Source: an uncultured Bacilli bacterium (GTDB lineage: Bacteria > Bacillota_I > Bacilli_A > RF39 > UBA660). From it: a DNA stretch of 64,000 nt. Of this stretch, positions 39,201-47,339 are shown in pieces (position 1 is the stretch's first letter; each line of letters begins with the position of its first letter). The translations under genes and the position numbers were made by a program. The DNA is taken from assembly GCA_934101795.1 (NCBI GenBank), contig CAKORY010000003.1:41873-105872 (forward strand), given 5' to 3'. The notes under the pieces are model-generated. The model was not told where the DNA came from. It did not search any database and saw nothing but the letters and a program-made list of their open reading frames with translations.

Positions 39201-39883
39201 ATACTTATTTCTCCAAATTCAATAACAAGTTGTTCATATTGTTCTCCAAATAATTCAACCATATCTTCTTTACTAAAAGCCACTGTTTCTTTACTTGATT
39301 TAAGAACGTTGGCTGAAGGTATTTTAATATCAATATCTTTATTAAAAGATTTTAAATCATTAAGTTTAATATTTAATGAATTATAAACAAACTCGGATAC
39401 ATTTAGTAAACCCTTAACAATAATATTAAACTTTCTATAATCCTCATTTGGAAAGTCATCTTTATGGACAACTAATACTTTTAACATATGATCTAAATAA
39501 TGTGGAGCTAACGTGCTAGCTCCCATAAACAAATGATAATTTCCATAATAAATGACAGGTAATGCAAAAGGAAATTCAGGAGGATCTATCATATTTTTTC
39601 TATTAAGATTAGAAAATTCCTTTATAAAGTACTCAAGCTTATTACGACTCATGATATTTTTGCTCTTAAAATCATCGTACTTTAATGATAGAGCCGTACT
39701 TATAATTGCTTGAAAAACAACCGATTTACTTTGATTTTCGGGAATTAAAATTAATCCAGATATTTGTGATAGGAAATCAATCATATTATAATTTTTTAAT
39801 TCTTCCCTTAAACGTTTTATTACTTCAGCATCTCCTTTATTTAATTTTTCCATATTATTATTAAAAACTAATTCTGGAACCAT
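36284..39883 (-). CDS. large orphan protein (1199 aa) with C-terminal PD-(D/E)xK nuclease motif; candidate single-gene defence protein
   Basis: AGGAGG RBS. GDIDVLFISKKFKRIIVCEVKNF (D...E-x-K) is encoded at 36560..36619. No Walker A or helicase motif was seen in the preceding ~1090 aa. Confidence 0.6.
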   Translation of the reverse strand: MVPELVFNNNMEKLNKGDAEVIKRLREELKNYNMIDFLSQISGLILIPENQSKSVVFQAIISTALSLKYDDFKSKNIMSRNKLEYFIKEFSNLNRKNMIDPPEFPFALPVIYYGNYHLFMGASTLAPHYLDHMLKVLVVHKDDFPNEDYRKFNIIVKGLLNVSEFVYNSLNIKLNDLKSFNKDIDIKIPSANVLKSSKETVAFSKEDMVELFGEQYEQLVIEFGEISIDEIDDFDNQKFYCRPFVRYGEKFVLVDCTIIIMLLMDMIIKFFMSYKIDVLKDYNLLLLNDLHRDFARMGFQLLDSKQFELELESNNIVDESIYLCGNDIVFYNIVLFDDGKDYETNKEYKYSINNNYISNRIKNVKKQLLKHGFKEDKIVSIITPTTIGRNTICAVYLNSNKNLLMLSPYELTSICINESEENMFLYKYIVARNRLKHYKKNLFTELNFVALFSERDKSFYLGDECDSKEALLFFIGEYSSDYILKSYIKNGYHLALFSRTSLLEVMKKEDGVCFAPGLFYKHQLNNLLEFNKFNIWVLSEENIDNNSYHITNLIIDMISYWLNQFSTLFKDLNGVFKINIHCDPSIYITHYDKDSEVGKILFNINSRQLDITFEKNSLRYFESAENDKEKDFISNIVKRICEIYQIEYPSELINQIFSNKYKKKLIIMNSNGDGYMLPFEDECVLCVSNAISNLIIDDVGLYLKDDKKIHYGKIKDYKILNDIVGHLYNNILKKIKKYNKRKLIDFLYLEFEKNLSSLLIRQANYASDVVCYPDRKKEIDEKINDLNRTSVALKFIIELAASIKIDGSDDISLYEIEYILTEASKIIDYAYICDIYNYKMADNTLTLLNSNRLGYNKDFLIRVNHFLKNAKMGRMGARAKDKQKMISQYETEKKDIPGFEEAFEDEFGFTFKDFTEVTVSLLEIAEDKNGDFNTLYSTTIKELKDQTNNQVSDDVLNKIILYLSQVEREDYLNPPTPYRNVDVFPWRNNRELSLNRKPLIIYKDEIIYGYRSFLNAIYFLFEIINNATLKARSKKMKTYLGIINKQSGEDFNEKVYNYLCTFPNSIVYKKVSKINGIKINNSDKNTLGDIDVLFISKKFKRIIVCEVKNFELSRNMYEMYNEYHDLFDPNNKKSFYNKHMKRVEWCKAHIADIIQHYGLEKKKWRIDYCFIVNEPLISDKAMKVNINAYILEDIDKFIK

Positions 39884-39966
39884 GATATTCCTCCTAACTA
39901 AAAAAGAGCATATTCCATCTTAAAAATGAAACACACTCTATTATTTATATATATTATACCACCAAA

Positions 39967-42900
39967 TTAAAATTTGTTGTTAGATAAACTAAAGAATTTA
40001 TCAAAGAACTCTAATAATTTATCAATAACTTTATTTTTCTTTTCTTGTCTATCATTATTTGGTGTGAACATACTCATTGGAGGAAGTATTGTTGATACTT
40101 CTGTTCCAGTAGTTTCTACTCTCCCCTGTTCAAATGATCTTTGTATAAAGTTATAAGTTTCTTCCTTATTAAGATTTTCTTCAACAATTATTTTATCTAA
40201 TTCTTCTTTCTTTTTACTATTCATAAACGATTCAAAATCAACATATACATTTGAATCTTGGCCTAAAGAGTCAATAAATGCCATAATTAAATCTTTTTTA
40301 TTTCTTAAATCTGGGCTTGCCATTATAGCCTTTTGAATATTTACAAGTATTTCTTTATCTTCCATATTTGAGTCATGGTACTTTTTAACTAATGCCAAAA
40401 TATAATCAATATTAACTTCAATTGACTTAATTAATTCCATTTCAAATATAACATCTTCTGTAACATCCGTTTTTTCTCTTTTTGCTTTATTTCTGAATTC
40501 ATTATAAAGTTCTATGTAGATGCTGTGATAATCCTGTTTATCCCTTTCATTGATTAGTTCTTCATTTTTGAATTCATCGAATGATGATAAGATGTTAGTA
40601 ACTTTTAATATCGCACCATATAGTTTTATAAATTCTTTTTGTTCTGTTTCACTTTGCATTAATTCCCCTGGTGCAAATTTTGAAGTTAACTTTTCAACTA
40701 AAGATTTATACCCTTCAAAGGTTTTACCATTTTCATCTTTATATCCATAGTAGTAATCTTTATATGGTTTTAAAAGTACAATCCCACGTGCATTCTCATC
40801 ACCAAATTTAGCAAGTGCTTCATTAAGTCTATCTTCTAAGTTTCTAAATGAAATTATATTACCATATGTTTTAACACTATTTAAGATTCTATTTGTTCTT
40901 GAAAAAGCTTGAATTAATCCATGCCATTTTAAATTTTTATCAACCCATAATGTATTTAATGTTTTAGCATCAAATCCTGTTAAAAACATATTAGCTACAA
41001 TTAATATATCTATTTCTCTATTTTTCATTCTTAAGGATACATCTTTATAATAGTTTTGAAATTTTTCTGATGTTGTATCATAGCTTGTTCCGAACATGTT
41101 GTTATAATCTTTAATTGCATTTTCAAGAAAAGTTCTATCATCAGTACTTAGTGCTTCAGTTGATTCTGAATTTTCATCAATTACTCCATCTTCTCCATTA
41201 ACTCCATAAGAATATATTAAAGCAACTTTAAGATTACTATTTTTAGAATCTAGTTGTTTTTTAAATTCTGAGTAATATTCCTTAGCCATTTTAATATTTG
41301 ATACTGCAAATATAGAATTAAAACCGTTGATATTTTTTTTGGATTTAATTTCTTCTGTATTTTGTCTTTTAGCTACATCTATAATATTATCTAAAGTTGA
41401 ATAAACATAACTTTCAGATGTCTTTGTCTTCGTAGAGAAATGTTCTATTACGTAAGTTGTAATTAAACATATACGCATTTGATTATCATATAATTTTTCC
41501 TCATCTATGTTATATATCTTTTCATCTTTTACGTCATTTGATATATTTGTTCCACCAACATACTCATATCTAAATGGTAATACGTTTTTGTCTGCTATTG
41601 CATTTACGATTGTATAAGTATGTAATCTTTCTCCAAAGATTTGTTCAGTTGTTTCCGAAATACCTTTTATTGTTCTAGCATTTTCTGGGAATATTGGGGT
41701 TCCTGTAAATCCAAACAAATAATATTTTTTAAAATTTTTAATAATTGCTTTGTGCATATCTCCGAATTGAGATCTGTGACATTCATCAAATATAAATACT
41801 ACATGTTTATCAAATACATTACTATTTTCATTTTTCTTAATAAATTGTGATAATTTTTGTATTGTAGTTATTATTATTTTTGCATTAGGGTCATTTAATT
41901 GTTCTTCTAATACTTTGGTTGATGTATTAGAGTTAGCAGCTCCTTCTTTAAATCTATCATATTCTTTCATTGTTTGATAGTCTAAATCTTTTCTATCCAC
42001 AACAAATAATACTTTATCAATAAAATCTAATTTACTAGCAAGTTGTGATGTTTTAAAAGATGTTAATGTTTTTCCAGAACCGGTTGTATGCCAAATATAT
42101 CCACCTGATTTAATAGTTCCATAGAATTTATTATTGTAGGCTATGGTAATTCTATTTAAAATTTTTTCAGTAGCAACTATTTGATAAGGCCGCATTACTA
42201 ATAATTCTTCTTCAGAAGTAAATACACAATACTTAGTTAAAATATTTAATATTGTATGCTTAGTAAAGAATGTTTTAGCAAAATCGATTAAATCTGTTAT
42301 CCCATTATTTTTTTGATCTGCCCAATATGAAGTAAATTCAAATGAATTAGACTTCTTTTTCTTTTGATTATTGATATGAAATTCCCTTGTAGTATTTGAA
42401 TAATACTTGGTTAATGTTCCATTTGAAATAACAAATATTTGAACGAAATTATATAATCCAGAACCTGCCCAGAATGAATCTCTTTGATATCTTTCTATTT
42501 GATTGAAAGCTTCTCTTAAATCTACTCCTCTTTTCTTTAATTCAATATGAACCAAAGGTAAACCATTAACTAAAATAGTTACATCATATCTATTATCTTG
42601 ATTCCCATCATTATTAACGTATTGATTTAATACTTGAAGATTATTGTTATGAATATTATTCTTATCTATTAAATAAATATTCTTCTTTTCACCTGAATCA
42701 AGAGTTATCTCTTGCTTATAATCTTCTTGAATTAATCTTGTTTTTTCAATGATATAATCATTTTTATTAGCAATTATTTTAGTAAAGAAGTCATCCCATT
42801 CTCCATCGGTAAATCTATAATTATTTAATTTTTCTAATTGCATTCTTAGATTAAGAATCAATTGATCTTCTGAATGTATATTTAATCTTTCATATCCTTG

Positions 42901-43035
42901 TTCAACTAAATTTTTAATTAATTCTTTTTCAAGAGCATCTTCGCTTTGAAAAGATTTTGATTCTCTATTTAATCCCTTATATTCAGCTAATACTGTTGAG
43001 TTATCATTTTCACTTATTAAACTTATACTATTCAT
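39967..43035 (-). CDS. hsdR: type I restriction endonuclease subunit R
   Basis: N-terminal nuclease DVTILVNGLPLVHIELKKRG. Helicase motifs HTTGSGKTLTSF, FDECHRSQ, GFTGTPIF. GGAGG RBS. Confidence 0.9.
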   Translation of the reverse strand: MNSISLISENDNSTVLAEYKGLNRESKSFQSEDALEKELIKNLVEQGYERLNIHSEDQLILNLRMQLEKLNNYRFTDGEWDDFFTKIIANKNDYIIEKTRLIQEDYKQEITLDSGEKKNIYLIDKNNIHNNNLQVLNQYVNNDGNQDNRYDVTILVNGLPLVHIELKKRGVDLREAFNQIERYQRDSFWAGSGLYNFVQIFVISNGTLTKYYSNTTREFHINNQKKKKSNSFEFTSYWADQKNNGITDLIDFAKTFFTKHTILNILTKYCVFTSEEELLVMRPYQIVATEKILNRITIAYNNKFYGTIKSGGYIWHTTGSGKTLTSFKTSQLASKLDFIDKVLFVVDRKDLDYQTMKEYDRFKEGAANSNTSTKVLEEQLNDPNAKIIITTIQKLSQFIKKNENSNVFDKHVVFIFDECHRSQFGDMHKAIIKNFKKYYLFGFTGTPIFPENARTIKGISETTEQIFGERLHTYTIVNAIADKNVLPFRYEYVGGTNISNDVKDEKIYNIDEEKLYDNQMRICLITTYVIEHFSTKTKTSESYVYSTLDNIIDVAKRQNTEEIKSKKNINGFNSIFAVSNIKMAKEYYSEFKKQLDSKNSNLKVALIYSYGVNGEDGVIDENSESTEALSTDDRTFLENAIKDYNNMFGTSYDTTSEKFQNYYKDVSLRMKNREIDILIVANMFLTGFDAKTLNTLWVDKNLKWHGLIQAFSRTNRILNSVKTYGNIISFRNLEDRLNEALAKFGDENARGIVLLKPYKDYYYGYKDENGKTFEGYKSLVEKLTSKFAPGELMQSETEQKEFIKLYGAILKVTNILSSFDEFKNEELINERDKQDYHSIYIELYNEFRNKAKREKTDVTEDVIFEMELIKSIEVNIDYILALVKKYHDSNMEDKEILVNIQKAIMASPDLRNKKDLIMAFIDSLGQDSNVYVDFESFMNSKKKEELDKIIVEENLNKEETYNFIQRSFEQGRVETTGTEVSTILPPMSMFTPNNDRQEKKNKVIDKLLEFFDKFFSLSNNKF

Positions 43036-44119
43036 CTTTTACCTCCACTTTATAGTAATTAATAAAATCATTAAAGGACTTTATAAATATATCTTTTTCA
43101 TGTTCTGTTAAATCTGTATATTCAAATTCGGGCAAACTGCCATGACTATACAAATTAATTAGTTTTATAATTTCTTTTTTATAATCATTATCAGGTATAC
43201 ACTCATCATACTTTTTATATCCAAAATAATTAGAAGTTTTTTCTATTATAATTCTAAACATATTAAAATGAATTTTCTCAAGTGTTTCTTCATTAATAGC
43301 AGTATTTATTTTTTTTATTAAAGTTAAATGATATCCAAACGGTGAGTCGCCTTTCTCCTCAAGGGTATAGATATAATTTTTTTTATTTAAAATATATGAT
43401 TTTAATGTAATTTGTCCTTCTCTGTTTAAAAGATTATATATTGAATTGTAAAATAGTGCATGATGTGTTGTTATTAAAATATTTATTTTAATTTTATTTT
43501 CTTCCATTCTTTGTATCAGTTCAAAAATTTTTATTGCCACATTTAGCATTTTTATATCATCAATAGAAGATACTGGATCATCAATAACTAAATATTCAAC
43601 ATTATCAAATATGTTAGTTGACCTATCTTCTTGATTTTCATTAAGTTCATAAATCATCAAGTCAACAAATGTATAAAATATTGACCAAATAAAAGTACTT
43701 TCTTCGGCTTTCGATATTTTTATACCATGGTCATAACCTTCTATTGTTTTAGCACTAAACTCAATAAATCCTAGTTCTAAATTTATAGACGCTAGTGTTG
43801 AATCATCACAAAATATTTGAAAATTTTTTTCAATTTCATTTTCTAATCCCTGATCCCTTATAATTTTTGCTATCTCTGAATTAATGTCAAATGTTAGTAT
43901 TGAATTGGAATTATTCCATGAAAATTCATCCTGAAACATTGAATTAAAGCATAGTACTTTATCTTCCAATAAATCTTTAAACATTCTTGATATTCTTGTT
44001 TTTCCAGTACCATTAAAAGCATATACTAAATCAACTTTTATTTTTTTTGATGGTCCATCAAGGTTAAGTTTCAATTTCTCAAATACATCTTCTAAATTAT
44101 TTAATGTTGTTTTATTCAT
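43028..44119 (-). CDS. prrC: PrrC-like anticodon nuclease (ABC-type NTPase N-domain plus R-x3-E...H nuclease domain)
   Basis: Walker A AFNGTGKTR, Walker B-like YLVIDDPVSS. C-terminal FRIIIE (R at 43253-55, E at 43241-43) and LYSHG (H at 43142-44), with H 33 residues after E. Sits between hsdS and hsdR as in the E. coli prr locus. 8-nt overlaps on both sides. Confidence 0.7.
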   Translation of the reverse strand: MNKTTLNNLEDVFEKLKLNLDGPSKKIKVDLVYAFNGTGKTRISRMFKDLLEDKVLCFNSMFQDEFSWNNSNSILTFDINSEIAKIIRDQGLENEIEKNFQIFCDDSTLASINLELGFIEFSAKTIEGYDHGIKISKAEESTFIWSIFYTFVDLMIYELNENQEDRSTNIFDNVEYLVIDDPVSSIDDIKMLNVAIKIFELIQRMEENKIKINILITTHHALFYNSIYNLLNREGQITLKSYILNKKNYIYTLEEKGDSPFGYHLTLIKKINTAINEETLEKIHFNMFRIIIEKTSNYFGYKKYDECIPDNDYKKEIIKLINLYSHGSLPEFEYTDLTEHEKDIFIKSFNDFINYYKVEVKDE

Positions 44120-45305
44120 TTTTAAGTTCCTCAAAGTTTAACAATTTATTTCTATAATACTCATATTGTTTTTTTCTTAATTCTATTTCTGCTGGAATTC
44201 CTTCAGATATGTCGTTAACCAATTTATCGAATATATCTAATATACTGGCTATATGAATTTGTTTTTCAATGGAAGGAACAATAAATTCATAATTCATTAT
44301 TACTTGTTTATCTCCCCGTGGCATCTTAGCCCCTTTCGAATTTGAATTATTATATTCAAAGAATGATTCCGATGATAAAACATAGTATAAGAATCGTGGA
44401 TATATTTTTTTAGTATCATTTACTCTTATATCTAAAACATCTCCATTAGTTCCACCACAACAATCAGCAAACCAGATTTTTCTTAAATATGGTCTAATAT
44501 TTCCAATCAAAATATCATTCTTTTCAAATTTAGTTGAATTGCCTGATGTGGGTACATGATAAGACTTTGTTTTTCCTTTTTTATTTTGAAGTAAGTTGTC
44601 CACACCAACATAATTATCTTCACTAAGTTTATCATAACTAATTCTATCATTAGAATAAGAGCATATTTCTTTAAGTTTAACTAATTCAGTTCCATCATTC
44701 AATAATTTTCCACGCCAAAACTCATATTGATTCTTTCTCGCTTCTAGCTCCGCTTCTAGCTCCGCTTCTAGCTCGCTAAATTTATCAAGAATTCTTACTA
44801 TTTCTTCTTGAACTTCTATTGGCGGGGTAGGAATTATAGTATTCTTTATTGCATCCGAACTTAAATTTGGTTGAGCTCCTCCACCTGCTAACCGATAAAA
44901 ATAATTAACTTTATTTAATAAATAATGATATAAAAAACGATTATTCATCCTGTCATCTTTAGGGGTTATCTTTCCAATACGTTGATTTAAATATAATAGT
45001 TTACCAGTGCAATTAATTCCAATTTTACCCGTTGTTGCACCAGACATAGCAATAACTATTTCATCACTACCAACTTTGAAGGGAGATAAATCACTATTAT
45101 AATCAAAAACATCTATATATTTTATATCAGACAAATCTATCTTCTTACCATCAATATTTGTGATTCTGAGTAAAATATCACCTTTAGATTTAAATAGACT
45201 ACTCTTAAATGCATAACCATTTTGAAAATAACAAATTTCACCAATAGTTTTGTACTCAACCCCTTTAGGACACATTTCTTTTATTAAATCATTAATCTTA
45301 CTCAT
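44112..45305 (-). CDS. hsdS: type I R-M specificity subunit S
   Basis: Two target-recognition halves separated by the conserved helix EEIVRILDKFSELEAELEAELEARKNQYEFWRGKLL. C-terminal RKKQYEYYRNKLL. Confidence 0.85.
   Translation of the reverse strand: MSKINDLIKEMCPKGVEYKTIGEICYFQNGYAFKSSLFKSKGDILLRITNIDGKKIDLSDIKYIDVFDYNSDLSPFKVGSDEIVIAMSGATTGKIGINCTGKLLYLNQRIGKITPKDDRMNNRFLYHYLLNKVNYFYRLAGGGAQPNLSSDAIKNTIIPTPPIEVQEEIVRILDKFSELEAELEAELEARKNQYEFWRGKLLNDGTELVKLKEICSYSNDRISYDKLSEDNYVGVDNLLQNKKGKTKSYHVPTSGNSTKFEKNDILIGNIRPYLRKIWFADCCGGTNGDVLDIRVNDTKKIYPRFLYYVLSSESFFEYNNSNSKGAKMPRGDKQVIMNYEFIVPSIEKQIHIASILDIFDKLVNDISEGIPAEIELRKKQYEYYRNKLLNFEELKNE
44739..44774. repeat. perfect 12-bp x3 tandem repeat (CGCTTCTAGCTC) encoding (ELEA)3 in the central spacer helix of HsdS
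   Basis: Read directly: three identical units at 44739-50, 44751-62 and 44763-74. Confidence 0.95.
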
Positions 45306-46866
45306 GGTAATCAACCTCAAGTTCTTTGATTATTTTTTCTAGTTCCTCTCTTATTTTTTGTTGTCTAGGTACAATTTCTGCAAGTTTTCTGTTTACTTCT
45401 TCTATATCAATTGTATTATCCTCAATATTGCTTTTTAAATAAGAATTGACTGATATATTATAATCATTATCTTTAATTTCTTCATAAGTAGCTAAATAAG
45501 ATTTATTGTCAACAGTTTTTCTTTCTTTCAACAAATTAATTATATTATTAATATTTTCATCTGATAATTTATTTTTATTAGTATTTCTAACACATTCATT
45601 AGATGCATCTACAAATAAAATGTTATTATCGGATTTGTTTTTCTTTAACACTAAAATACAGGTTGTTATTGGTGTTCCAAAGAATAAATCTGAAGGTAAT
45701 TGGATGATTGTGTCTACGAAGTTATTATCAATCATATATTTTCTAATCTTTTGTTCCGCTCCACCCCTATAAAGAACACCTGGGAACTCAACTATAGCAG
45801 CCGTACCTATAGGTGAAAGCCATGATAACATATGCATGGTAAATGCTAAATCTGCTTTAGATTCTGGAGCCAACACCCCTGCTGGAGCAAACCTTTCATC
45901 ATTTATTAAAATTGGATTTGATTTACCAGCCCATTTTATTGAATATGGTGGGTTTGATACTATGGCATCAAATGGTTCATCATTCCAATGTGATGGATGA
46001 ATTAATGTATCTCCTCTTTCAATACTAAATTTATTGTAATTAATATTGTGTAAGAACATATTTATTCTAGCTAAATTGTAAGTTGTAAGATTAATTTCTT
46101 GACCGAAAAATCCCTCTCTTACATTTTCTTTTCCAAGAATTTTGGCAAATTTTAAAAGTAATCCACCTGAACCACATGCTGGATCGTACACTTTATTAAC
46201 TGATTTTTTATCCATTATTACTATCTTTGCAAGTAATTCTCCAACTTCTTGCGGAGTAAAAAATTCTCCTCCAGATTTACCTGCATTTGAAGCATACATT
46301 GTCATTAAATACTCATACGCATCTCCAAATAAGTCTATCTTATTTTCTTCATAATTTCCAAAATTTAAATCTCCAATTGCGTTTAATAATTTAACAAGTT
46401 TTTTGTTTCTTTCATCAACCGTATTACCTAATTTATTATCAATTGTAAAATCATCAAATAGCCCTTTAACATCATCTTCTGATGCTGTTCCTCTTGCTGA
46501 TGATTCTATATTATTAAATACATTTGAAATTACAACATTTAGGTTTTCATTTTTATCTGCACCTTTTCTTATATTGCAAAATAATTCACTTGGTAAAATG
46601 AAGAATCCTTTTTCTTCAAGTATTTGACTTTTACCCAATAAGGCTTCTTCATCAGAAATATCTCTATATTTAAAATTTGACATACCTGCTTTTCTTTGAT
46701 TTTCGTTAACATAGTTTTCTATATTTTCTGATATAAATCTATAAAATAGTAAACCTAATACATATTGTTTAAAATCCCATCCGTCTACCGAGCCTCTTAG
46801 TTCATTTGCTATTTTCCAAATTGTTTTATGTAATTCTTCTCTTTCTATTTCTTTTTTATTATTCAT
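45298..46866 (-). CDS. hsdM: type I R-M N6-adenine DNA methyltransferase subunit M
   Basis: Start moved to MNNKKEIE (AAAGGTGG RBS). HsdM N-domain LHKTIWKIANELRG. SAM motif YDPACGSGGLL. Catalytic SNPPY. Confidence 0.9.
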   Translation of the reverse strand: MNNKKEIEREELHKTIWKIANELRGSVDGWDFKQYVLGLLFYRFISENIENYVNENQRKAGMSNFKYRDISDEEALLGKSQILEEKGFFILPSELFCNIRKGADKNENLNVVISNVFNNIESSARGTASEDDVKGLFDDFTIDNKLGNTVDERNKKLVKLLNAIGDLNFGNYEENKIDLFGDAYEYLMTMYASNAGKSGGEFFTPQEVGELLAKIVIMDKKSVNKVYDPACGSGGLLLKFAKILGKENVREGFFGQEINLTTYNLARINMFLHNINYNKFSIERGDTLIHPSHWNDEPFDAIVSNPPYSIKWAGKSNPILINDERFAPAGVLAPESKADLAFTMHMLSWLSPIGTAAIVEFPGVLYRGGAEQKIRKYMIDNNFVDTIIQLPSDLFFGTPITTCILVLKKNKSDNNILFVDASNECVRNTNKNKLSDENINNIINLLKERKTVDNKSYLATYEEIKDNDYNISVNSYLKSNIEDNTIDIEEVNRKLAEIVPRQQKIREELEKIIKELEVDYHE

Positions 46867-47145
46867 ATTACTTACCACCTTTTCTTTTATGTATACAATA
46901 TAGAAGCAAGGCACTCTTAACTGTATCATCAACGTTATTCATATTTAATTCAAATATGCTGTCTATTATCTTTTTTACCATCATTATAATCTTTTAAGTT
47001 TTTATTGGTAAATGTGATTTTGTCTATTTCTAATTTATGTCATTTAACAGTTTATTCATGATAATACCCTCCTAAATTATCTGTTATATAGACCATTATA
47101 ACATACAATTTGATAAATTAGCATAAAAAAGGTTAAATTACATTA

Positions 47146-47168
47146 TTAATTAATTAATTAATTAATTA
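47146..47168. repeat. (TTAA)n tetranucleotide microsatellite, about 5.75 units
   Basis: Read directly, in the intergenic region between the HEPN gene stop and the hsdM upstream region. Confidence 0.85.
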
Positions 47169-47339
47169 TATTCTATATTAAACAACACTAAATTTATATA
47201 TTATTCCACTTTAGGGCACATAGATGTCAAAAATACAAAATTATATATTTTACTATTATGTTTTTTAACACTTTATAATTATTTCATGACTTACCCCTTC
47301 ACTTAAATATTAATATATCACAGCATGCAACATTATAAA

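Noticed and set aside
46868-47076. Small minus-strand uORFs upstream of hsdM: a 9-aa MNKLLNDIN after a strong GGAGGG, and a 38-aa MMVKKIIDSIFELNMNNVDD... ending 1 nt before the hsdM ATG
   Set aside because: The 38-aa ORF has no RBS and the 9-aa ORF is too short to evaluate. Neither has a recognisable motif. They may be leader or remnant sequence, but the sequence alone does not support them.
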